From Phoronis australis (taxonomy: Eukaryota > Animalia > Phoronida): 57,663 nt of DNA. Under the pieces are notes generated by a model that was given only the letters and a program-made list of their open reading frames with translations, did not search any database and was not told the origin of the DNA. The stretch spans positions 1,111,536-1,169,198 of the forward strand of contig NMRA01000064.1 in assembly GCA_002633005.1 (NCBI GenBank). The letters are read 5' to 3'. Shown here in pieces: positions 38,172 to 50,100 of the stretch. Every line of letters begins with the position of its first letter. Position 1 is the stretch's first letter. The position numbers and the translations under genes were made by a program.

Positions 38172-41100
38172 CTGTAGAGCTGCTTGGGGCGGTGGACCAA
38201 CACCCTGTATTTTGCATTGCTAATTCCAGTGACGTTAAGATCACTTTTCCTTAATTTAAACCTGTGAAATGATGAAAAGTATTTCAATGAAATTTTATCT
38301 CTGCCTTCACAAATTATTTTAAAACAGACATAGAATTAATGAGCATTCAATTCAGTTCAAGGAGAATTTTTATCATTAAGTGTCACAGATGATTAGTTTC
38401 CTTCCTTTGTTATCGATTTTTAGCTGTCTTCGGCTATTTTACAAGAAACTCCATCGCTCACCTGTCTCTGTTCGCAGGGTTCCCGTCATCGTGAGAGTGT
38501 TCTAACATATGATATTTCGCCAGACCCCAAGGAGGAGATTCCACTTTGATACGTTGTCGAGCAACCCTAAAAATATAACGTAGACGGTTTGGATAGATTG
38601 TAGGTTATTCGCTGATTGACTAAGCAGGACCGATGTAAAAAGCATTTAGAACGTGTATGCATACCTTGGCGCTGTTCCACTGGTTCAGTCAGACAAGTTC
38701 CAAGTCAAAAATGTTTCTCTAAATGGGCCACGGTGATCACTGCCTTGCTCAAGTGAAGAAATTGATGTTAGACCGCCCAAGTAACTAGCTTGCCATTGCA
38801 CCACTGAAACTTTGAAGTTCGTGACGGCACATTTAAAGCCTATATCTCTCTATCCTTTGACATCGTGGTTCGCCGTTATCCAAGCAAACGATTGTCTCCT
38901 TCCCGGTGTGTTAATAACGCCGTCGGGACATGAGGCTCACAACAAACGGGGTCAAAGAGAATAGCGGAGTTGCAACGCCGCCATATTGGAAATGGGTCAG
39001 AATGTTGCATTGTGGTTAAGCTGGTAAACAAGTACGTCGGCAAGCGTGGGGGCGAACCGGCCACAGGGAGGTTATACCTGTTGTGTGCCTGGCATGCTAT
39101 AATACCAGTTAGCGAAATAAAAAATTTAGTTACTACCTGTTTCCCAAGGATCAAGAACTGCGTTAAACATGGGTCAGAGACATTGGTAGACCTGGTAGCA
39201 AAGGCCGACTTCGTGAATTCTTTCCGACTTCGTAGCATAAAGTGTGCAGCGCTCATTTTGAGGGCGGCAAGAAAACGTATCTTAGAAACTGCCCAACAAT
39301 ATCTCCCTTCAAAGAAACAGTAACAAATACTCCACGGCNNNNNNNNNNNNNNNNNNNNNNNNNNNNNNNNNNNNNNNNNNNNNNNNNNNNNNNNNNNNNN
39401 NNNNNNNNNNNNNNNNNNNNNNNNNNNNNNNNNNNNNNNNNNNNNNNNNNNNNNNNNNNNNNNNNNNNNNNNNNNNNNNNNNNNNNNNNNNNNNNNNNNN
39501 NNNNNNNNNNNNNNNNNNNNNNNNNNNNNNNNNNNNNNNNNNNNNNNNNNNNNNNNNNNNNNNNNNNNNNNNNNNNNNNNNNNNNNNNNNNNNNNNNNNN
39601 NNNNNNNNNNNNNNNNNNNNNNNNNNNNNNNNNNNNNNNNNNNNNNNNNNNNNNNNNNNNNNNNNNNNNNNNNNNNNNNNNNNNNNNNNNNNNNNNNNNN
39701 NNNNNNNNNNNNNNNNNNNNNNNNNNNNNNNNNNNNNNNNNNNNNNNNNNNNNNNNNNNNNNNNNNNNNNNNNNNNNNNNNNNNNNNNNNNNNNNNNNNN
39801 NNNNNNNNNNNNNNNNNNNNNNNNNNNNNNNNNNNNNNNNNNNNNNNNNNNNNNNNNNNNNNNNNNNNNNNNNNNNNNNNNNNNNNNNNNNNNNNNNNNN
39901 NNNNNNNNNNNNNNNNNNNNNNNNNNNNNNNNNNNNNNNNNNNNNNNNNNNNNNNNNNNNNNNNNNNNNNNNNNNNNNNNNNNNNNNNNNNNNNNNNNNN
40001 NNNNNNNNNNNNNNNNNNNNNNNNNNNNNNNNNNNNNNNNNNNNNNNNNNNNNNNNNNNNNNNNNNNNNNNNNNNNNNNNNNNNNNNNNNNNNNNNNNNN
40101 NNNNNNNNNNNNNNNNNNNNNNNNNNNNNNNNNNNNNNNCAGGCTGTCGGATCTTTCAATTGATAAATTGGAGACGTTAGAACTGTAGGTAAGGGCATTT
40201 TTCGCATGTAGTTCATGGGCTGGGCGCTTACTTTAGCAAAGTCTGAAAACGCGTTGGGGCACTTGTTGAGCCATGGGCGCTAATTAGGGCGAATAGCGGC
40301 AGAATTACATACAGCAGCGTAGTTTAATGCACACAAATTACACGTCGTGCAAACCAGTCGGTCATCCCGTTTACCATCAACAATCCCAGTAGCCTTTGCG
40401 CACCCTAATTTCCGGACATGCGCAATCGTTAAATCGATTCGGTTGCAACTCCGCTATTGGAATAATGCTTTTCTATGAGATCATTGACGTATGCTTTTTT
40501 AAAAACTTAGCTCTCAAGTTAGGTCTATAGTACGTCACAAAGTGTAAAATGAATACCATGTTAACAAGAATACCACAGAAACATGGCATGGATCCTATGC
40601 ATCTAGGCAACTACACAAATCCCGGAAATATGTAAATCCTCCGCTTTTGGAGGAGTTCGATAGTCCTTCAAAACAGTGGTCGGCTCGCTTCTGCATCCGC
40701 CGGTTCTTAGTCGCGGTGAGAAAAGGTGCGTGTTAACGTTTGGCAGTAGGTTAATATGATACTGCGGTTTTGACCTATTAACAACGATTTTCCCATAGTG
40801 CTTTATCAAACAAAATAATGCCCTGTACATGCATAACCCTCTTCAACCTCAAAAATTTTAGAGCACAGTTTGAAAACTCATTAGAAAGTCTGCTACACCG
40901 GTAAGCGTAATCTACTTTTGATTGCCGTTTACACTACAAAAGTTTACACGGATCAGCTGACACGGAACGAGTTGTTCCAGTGTGTAAACGGCACTGACAC
41001 GGAAAAAACTGACAACGCGGCGACAACTTTTGCCACCCGTTTGATAGGTAGAGCAATTTGCGCTCGAACATCTTGTTCCGAGTCTAAACGCGTAACTGGG

Positions 41101-44100
41101 GCAAGGCGGAAAGGATCATCTCTTGTACGATTTAAACAAAAGACAACCAAGATGCGCAATATGCATACCGTGAGACAGCGAGTAAGTGCATTTAGTTGTA
41201 TCCTGCTTGCATCACAAATGGACTAGCAGGGGACAGTGCATGGATTGATGTACATGATTTTCACAGTCTTTTAAACTATCCTATTTCATGATTTCACTTT
41301 TAGACATCTGACTGAATACATCCGATTAATAACTGACCTTCTATACATGTTGTCGTCCTCGCCACCCCAGCCCCACATTGAGTTAGGGAATCCATTCACT
41401 CGGGTGTACGTTTCTTTGCTGAATACTGCTACCCCGCCTATAAAGGCATTCCAGATTGGCCTGGAAAATTATGGTTGGAAAAAAGACTTAAAAACTGCAG
41501 TAGTACTATAAGTGCTGTACCGTTGTCACGAGGTCTGACTCTACTGAGCTTGCAGAATACATATAACTACAGTCACTGTCGTTCAAGACAAATCATAAAC
41601 GATTGACAAATCCAAAATTTAGTTCTCCTCATAGTTCCAGTTAAGCACGCCTCAAGAACATGTTAACACAGAGATAGTCAGCCGTTTTTGTACCACACAT
41701 ATCATAAAAGACGCATTGGCTATATTTGGAATGCAAATCAACGGTATGCAGTGAAAGAGGAAAATTGCCTGTCCTTGAAGCATGTAACTTCACGCCATGG
41801 TCAGATGAAGATAGACCAGGATGAGCTATTATCAAGTATCTATTGTTAAACAATCACTAAGTGAAGTAAGGTCACATTTATAGCGTTACACAAATATAGC
41901 TTGTTCATTTTATTTTCTTTAATAGTATCTAATTTGAATTAAAGATCAATTACTATGAAAGTGAATGGCATCATGATTTATGGAAACACAAGCAGGACGC
42001 GAACACTAAACCACTAGTGGACTCTAAAATGTAAATCAAATGCGGTCAAAGTGCAAGGAAGTGCTGTTTCTGTTCTCCTTGATTTTGCATAAGTATGGAA
42101 TAGATTTCAGGAGCAATGCTAACCAACTAGTGTCTCTTTGGGTTTATCACTCAACAGCATGACTATGAATGGTGGGTGCAAAAACACGTCACAGAGAATA
42201 TGTTGCTGTGGTACATGTAACTGTACAAGGAATTTCCTCCATTTGACTTTGGGCTCTCAACGGTGAATGTAGCCGTGGCCTGGCAGTGTTTGTCTAAACA
42301 ATTCACTGGCGGTGCGAGTTACGCAAACAGGGTACGGATACCGTCTGCTTTCACAGGCGGTTTCACTAGCCGTTAGTTTCAATCATTTGCATGAAAGGGT
42401 CCCAGGGGTGCGTTCCGTAACCGCTGAAACCAAGACCACGCAAAATCACGATTTTTTCTTGTGGAACTCGCGACCTTACTTGTGAAGACTACATGTATGT
42501 CAGCCATTTTGAAGTGGTTTGTCTTGGAGGATGCAATGTCTAAATTAAGCAATAGAGAGGATGCAATGTCTAAATTATGCAATAGAATTCTCTGTTCCCG
42601 TTCTATCACGGACGATTGCTCTTCGCAAGTGCCTCTTGAGTGTCTTGCATTTGTACGTAGCTTAACGTGCCTAATAATATACGTTACCCTGACAACTTAC
42701 TTATATTTGTATTTGTGAATTGCCAATCCTTGGTGACGCACCGTTCTCGGGCATGTGTACAAGTTTCTTTCGTCTTCAGGAAGAAGATCAATATCGTGGA
42801 AAATAATGCAGTCGAAGTCTGTCATTTTCATACTTTCTATGAAACCAGCGTTCATTAGACGTCCTTTGTTAAAGATTTTAGGGTTTGCCTGCAATAAGGC
42901 AAAAACAATCAAGCTTTGTTCCTTCAGTGACGCAGCTGCACATGGCTATGTAGACTACGTGAGGCAGCCGGCACGGCATCACAGGGTTGTCTTAACCTAT
43001 TGCCATAGCTGACTTCCTGTTCGGGCACCCCAGACCAATCATAGTTTGTTGGGCGGCTAGCCACAATCTCACACAGTCAACGTTGAATGGTATATGCTAC
43101 ATATACGTATGCATACATCTACTGGCACATGCACCTCAGTGCCGGGATAGGTAAACCCATCTCACAATTTTCTTTATTTTTGAAACAATACTGTCAATTT
43201 ATTTTGATGTAATCTGAGTCTTTACTACACCCTCAGTTCAAGAACAAGAACCAAGAGCAACGCGAAGCGTTGAAATGAGTCCACGAATGCAACTTAAAAG
43301 ATGTACTTCTATGGGTGTTTAGTCGTATCATAAAAATGCCCACTGAATGGCGCAAAATACGTCGAATCCATCAGAAAATGGGAACATTTCCTCGTTTCTT
43401 TAATAGAAAGCTATTTACCAAATTCCACAAAAATTTTTCAAGGAACTAATCATAGAAACAAAGCAATACGTAAGTACAGAACGCGATGGGACGTATTGCA
43501 GTGCGAATCAGAATTTCATTTGCCATAACAGCAATGCTTGTTTGGCATTTTCACACTAAAAGATTAAAAACTCGAAGTAAACAACAGAATATACTCTGCT
43601 ACCGTATCGGGCAAATGGCCAAATGACAAGCTTTTGCCCCACTTCCGGTGACGTCACAGTTAAGTCTCACATAATCTAGCGTTATTGTTACAAACTCGCA
43701 AAAGGACTATTGCCACTAGGGGGCACAGGATTCGTCGGATCCGTCTGAGAGTCGGCGTCGTATGTTGTTAACTTCATATATACACTTACTAATTTAATAC
43801 AGAGATCTAGCAGTAGGTTCAGAAGATACAGCTATGGGCGCAAAACAAAACTGTCACTAGGAGGCACCATGTAACAGTAGTCGAAATCGTCATCGTCAAC
43901 CGTCCTCTTCACACTGAGAACATAGCATCATCTCATCTATTGATGCTTATTTTTCAAATTTTATTAAAATCCATTGAGGATCTCTGGATATACAGAAGTA
44001 AACGTAAAAAAATAAAATTACCACTAGAGGGTACATCGGAAGCCAGATCCGTCCGAAAGTCGTCGTCGTCCTTTGTAAAGTTAATATAATTACACTTGCT

Positions 44101-47100
44101 AAATTTAGTAAAGAAACTGCAGATGGCTTATGAGATACACCCATGGGCGCAAAACACAGCCACTAGTTGGCGCTACAGTAATCGAAGTCGTCGGTAAACC
44201 ATTGTCAGTTTTCCGCGTCCTAGTAAGAACATATATGCCACTTTTCACACTCATCCTTAGAGCGGTTTGGTTGATAGAGGGGCGGAGCCAAAACAGACTT
44301 GAAAACAGTAAAAATGGGCACTAGGTGGTGCAAAATACCTCGACTCCATCCGAAAACGGAGGATAGCGTCATCTCACTAATAGATGCCAATGTGCCAAAT
44401 TTTATGAAAATCAGTTGAGGACCTTTGAACATACAGAAGTAAATCTAAGAAAACTAAAATTTCCACTAGGGGGCACACGGGTAGTCGGATCTGTCCGAAA
44501 GTTCGCTCATGCCGTTCCATCTAAGAAGTGAACACTAGCAAAATTTCGTGAAATACGTCAAAGGGCTTAGGAGATAGAGAATCGTACGCCCGGCGGTCAA
44601 ACAGGCGGACTGGGTTGACGGCATAGTGCGTCCACAAATAAATATGTGAGCGCATAATAAAAATAGTGTGGGGAGATAAGAGTTAGTAGTGGCCACAATG
44701 CAGGTAGGTCACGTAGTAACTCACATGCGCATTCAAAATCAAATGAAAACCTGCAGTGGATTTTTAACGTCTTAAAATTACTGGATAAGATAGTCGTGTC
44801 CATCAGAAGACTCAGAACTTGTTTAATGTGTTAACTTTGCTTTCCACATTTCCTGTACTATCAACAGAATCTTTCAAACTTTTGTTTGAGGTCTTTAGAT
44901 TAAAAACATTCGTGGTCTTCAAAGACACTGGCGCTAAGTTAATCGTAACTGGCTCTTGCCTAAGTATAGAAAATTAGCAATCAACAGACTGGATTCAGAT
45001 AAGCAGCCATTTTCTATTAGTATAAGATATAATATATTTAATCCAAAATTCCACTTGGATTGGTCAAAAATAACTATACTAGTAAGATGGGATAACAATT
45101 TGATGTCTAGAGGCATGTTGTTGCTAAGGCTAAATATACATGTATGACTGTGAGTCAGTTATTGAATGTGGAAGAGGTTACTTCGAAGGTCGCATACCTG
45201 CAATGAATTTCAAAACAAGTTTTCATCAAACAAGGGTGATCTACAAACTTTAAAACATTATCAAACTCTTGTTGCTCCAACACACTGTATGCTCGCCTTG
45301 AACAAGTTTAAAGTTAACTCCAAACTATTTTCGTTTTGTTTCGTTGAATGTACACTTGGATCAACCAAACACGTCACTAACGACTACATTCGCGCACCCA
45401 TGGGAGGCTCGGGGGGCTCCAAGGAGCTCCCCATTTGGCGAAGTGGGCATAAAGGTCCGCCTCAGAGAAGCTAAAAGTCCGAGAAAACGAGACAAAAGTC
45501 CAATAAAAAGGTGCAGACGCACAGTAAAGTTGGTACCCTGTTTTTTGGTGTAATATTCCCGCTTTTTTGTCAGTAAAACGTTTACATCGTTAGAAAGTCG
45601 AAACCCCCATATTAAAGGCTGGGTGCGCGCATGGATTATTTGGGTAAGTCTGTTGGGTCCGTCCATCAAAATTGGTTTACAAATTGAACGTGATCAGTTT
45701 AGTCATACGCAACTTATCATTAAGGTGGTATTTAGTCCTGGGACGTGTAGATGGGCTCCAATCCCAAAAAAAGAGAGACTAGTCTTGAACATTCCACGCT
45801 GTCTATGCTGTTTCCATGATACAAGAATGATACAACAACAGTGGCGGATTTAGGGGGGGGGGGGGGNGGCCATGGCTCCCCCTAAAATTCTACCAGATAC
45901 CATTTGGGAGTTTGGATGCGATTTTCTGACTAGCACATGCGCGCAACCAAGGGAGCTCAGGGGGTGAATAAAGTGAATAAGCATTGCATAGGCCCTGAAC
46001 AAACCCCGTTTACCGTGTTTTTTGGTTTTTTTCTTAGTCAACAGGTCCGCAAACCCAGACTTCGAGACCCCTGCATGCCCACAATTAGGCTGGGCGCGCG
46101 CATCTGTCGAAATTCTGGTTATTCCTGTGACCTGCCCCCCCAACTCAAAATCCTGGATCCGCCCCTGAACAATGATACAACAATGATGCAAAGAACTACA
46201 GGATCGTGTGTACGAAACCGTTCACCGACTTCGTAGCTTTTCAAATGTGTCGAATAGCCACATAAGTAACTAAAGGAAAGATGTTTAAAGTTGACAGTTG
46301 TAGATATATGTGTTGAAGGAATAGTACGCACGAGGTGAGTACGCGCTACAGAACACATCGGGTGTCGTGACGATTCAGACGGATGATTTTCCTCAACATC
46401 GTTTGGACGATTGTTTACTTTTGAGTAACGAGTCTAGAAACTGTTAAAAGGAGCCGGCGTCTTCAAAGACAATTTGAGTGCAAACTGCCATGTAAATGAA
46501 CGCGAAATGAATTTTCGAAATATTCGTTTCCAGTTTTTTGGGCCTATTCGTAGTTTTGCTATACCGTCAATATACCGTTAAGCACATTAACATCAAATTT
46601 GTGGCATCTATAAATCCGTTTATATATTTGTCAGTACTCATATGTTTTAACTTCTCATCATTTTTCGAAATCTAATAAGTTGAACACAATTGAGTCGCAA
46701 TTTATGACCAATCTCCACTGCCACCTGACGGTGAGCTCAGGCCCATCACAGTAAACTGCCCGACTGGTCACTCCCACATACCTGTTCCACAACAAAAAGT
46801 GTGTAATTCAACTTTTGTTTTTGAAAAATTCCGTGAATCACGTCTAAGAAGGTGACTAGATGATCTTCTCTATCTCTATACGGCACTACTACAGCCACCT
46901 TGTGGCGAGGTACGCAGTCTGTGGGGTTCCATTGGCCGTTTTTGACAGACGGATGCTTCTTGCGTAGGGCTTTGTAAGATCTCTCCTGGCCAGACTCAGC
47001 GAATGGAGTATCTATAAAATGTCAATCAAAATGCAAACCGAGGTTAGGGATGACAAGTTACAGGTATAGATCAGTTTCTAAGACTTCGAGAAAATAGTTT

Positions 47101-50100
47101 GTGCGAGTACCTAAAGGGGACAGTACTTTGTGGGAGCACTTTAAGAGGGCAGTTTTTATGCTTTTAGTTAAATTGTTTTTTCAAAATCAAGTTCCCACAT
47201 AAAGTTGAGAAATCCGACTATAAAGTTAGTTGCCAAATTGGATGACTTTAAAATGAGCAATCAGTTCTCTACAACATGATTGTATTTAACAATAACACAC
47301 TCATGTTATATGTTACAGTGGTATAGTACAATTCTAACAGAAATGTAGGCTACGCCTGGATATCACCAGACTATTTTTTGCAATGCCTAGCCAGTAAAAT
47401 GACACAGTAAACTGTCTCATAAATATCAAAACCTGCACTTCAGTCACATCGAGAACCACGCGTTCACTTTATTTGCACAATATACCAGTAATGTGTTGCT
47501 CAAAAATAAAAACAAATTACAAGCAGGCTATTACGGCAATGTCCAGCTATCAAAACGACAGCAATCGACTGTGGGCAATAGTGGTTGCTACAATTAAATC
47601 ATTGAAGCGTGGAATAATCTGCAATGTGTGAAATGTTAGAACTAGCTTGTAACTAGGAAATTTGCCTAAATTTGAAGATGCCTACAGCCCTTTCTGATTA
47701 TTTCAAGTTTTAAGATTTCAACTTCAGCATGACCTAATTCAGCCCTGAGTGGGGCTTCAAATATCAGTTTGAAATATCTGTATTTTAGAAAAAAAAACAT
47801 GTATTTCAGTAGTGCTTGTGGATCGTAATGCTGGGCTATTCAGAACACTTTTAAAAGGCCAAAGCAAACGACTTCCTTACAGTTTCGGGCCTCATCACTG
47901 AAAACCAATGCGACTTCGCCAAACTACTCTGTACCTAAAACTCCCTCTACCGCCAAATTGTTTATCTAAACGGAATGTTCTGAGCAATTTCCACAGGCAT
48001 GCTCGCAGATTTTTGACGGGTAACCGGGGGAATATGGGAGATGGGACATTCGTGTTAAGATGTATTTTTGCCCATTTCAGAGGTACCCATGAAGTTTCAT
48101 GAGATAAATTTGAACTTCAAAAAACGAAACGCTGAAATATTCGTTTATGATTGCGAGAGTACTTTGAGTACCCCCGTTCCACATGTACACGGTCATCACA
48201 AATCGTAGCCCCGACAGTCTCTTCGACATGTCAGAATTCTTACAAACAACTCGTAATAACGACCTTAAAAAGAAATACTATTCTTGTGATGCTATTGTGT
48301 AATTCACTAGTAATGGTCTTCACGTTCTTCGAAGTTCCACCTTTTCGATGGCGGTCAGTTCTATTGTATTTTGACATTTTTGCTTGTTTGGGTGGAATGT
48401 CTTAATACTGCTATGCTGTACACGAATGTTATGTGCTTTTTTGAAGACAAAGTGACATTACCCCGAGGTGCCCCACCGAGAGAGCGTCCCGTGTGAAATG
48501 GGACACCTTAAGATGAAAGGCTAAACATCATTAAACTTAGAAAAGAGTGACAATTCATTCCACCATCGTGTGATCACACGACGTTGCAGGAAGTGATCTT
48601 CCTCATGAAAGTCAGCACTAGAGATTTTTTTCTAACTCTGAAGTCTCAAGCACACTCGCTTTTATCTTAAACAAGAGTAACCAACGCTTAGCGTTGATAT
48701 GCGCACACAGTTTACCTCAAACGTTTCTAGGGGCGTTGTTTATCAGCTTCATGCTGGTCACATACAACTTCTCTAGTATTTTATGGATTTTTCATAGATA
48801 ACATTACTGATCATAAATTAACATGAAATCTGAGCGCCATGTAAACATTGCACACATGAATTGTTACAGGTACGTTACAAAATATTAAAATGTATATATA
48901 TACAAGCACATAAACGCACACATCTAGCTCTGCAATATACTCAAGTAATTAATCAAGTTACGTAAACAAGCCTCCTAGTAAACATTTCATATATAATTGC
49001 ACAACAAATACACAGAAATTAAATGCGAATTATTTCCATTAAGTACTGTAACACCATTTTAACATACCAAAATGTCTTGTTGAGGAACTCCTAACACGTC
49101 GAGCTGGATAAGTTAAAGAAAAAGTGGCTACACATTTTAGTTCATCATTTAAATTACGACCGCACACAATTTTTTATAAACTAAATATTAAATACTATTG
49201 AAATATAATTACTGCTAGGTATCGTGGCAGAGATCTTTTCAGGCTTAACGTATATGTCACGTTACGTGGCCAACATTATATGGCGTGTAAAAAGACTAAC
49301 CATTCTGTATGTCTTTTGAAATATTTTCAGATCAGGTGTTTTTAACTGTTTCAGAGAAAAAAACTTTATTTAACGTCGTTCGGAGAACAGATTAACATTA
49401 GCCGGTTGGGCTATTTCTACGACATTAAATTTATCAGAAACATGAAGAAAAAGGAACTTGAGCTAAAGGTGGAGAATAACACAGAGATATAAGTGTAAAT
49501 AAAAGTAAAATTGTCGTAATCGCTAAAGTATAGACTAGGGTCTGAGTATAAGCTATAATACGTACACGTATAATTGCTATATTCTAGATAAATCATAAAA
49601 CAAACACTAATGACTGCATAACCTGGTGTGTTTACAAAGAGAACAGCTGCATTCAGGGCTAGTCCAGGTCCGAATCAGTCCACGGAAAATAGTGAAAGCC
49701 TCTGTTGAGAGCAACATATTCGGTAGACTGTTCCAGACCCGAGCAGCCTTGAAGCGAAAAGATTTTTTTACCTTTTTTGACAGATTTAACTTGAGGAATG
49801 TCAAGAATGTTGCTGTAGCGAAAGGGGTAATTTTTTCTTGTTTCTTTAAAAGTGAAAGAAGTGTCTTGGGTGATTCGCCATAGCGGATTTTAAATACTTC
49901 TATTGCAATAAGTCGAAGTCTGTGTAGATGAAGGGGTGGTTTGTTAACTACTGAGAGTAGTTGTTCGTGCGTGCCAACGTCGTCGTTGTAAACAAAACGT
50001 AAGGCCCTGAGTTTTTTTAGTTTCAGTGCATTTTCTTTCGAGCAAAAATGCCATGAGAGGGGACAAGAGTTGAAATTTGAAAGGATGAAGGAGTGAAAAA

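Noticed and set aside
38876-40216. 446 aa and 312 aa ORFs in the ORF track
   Set aside because: They are artefacts of translating through the N gap.
40924-40992. 11 bp inverted repeat GCCGTTTACAC...GTGTAAACGGC
   Set aside because: Probably a scrap of a Harbinger-type MITE; its boundaries and TSD cannot be supported.
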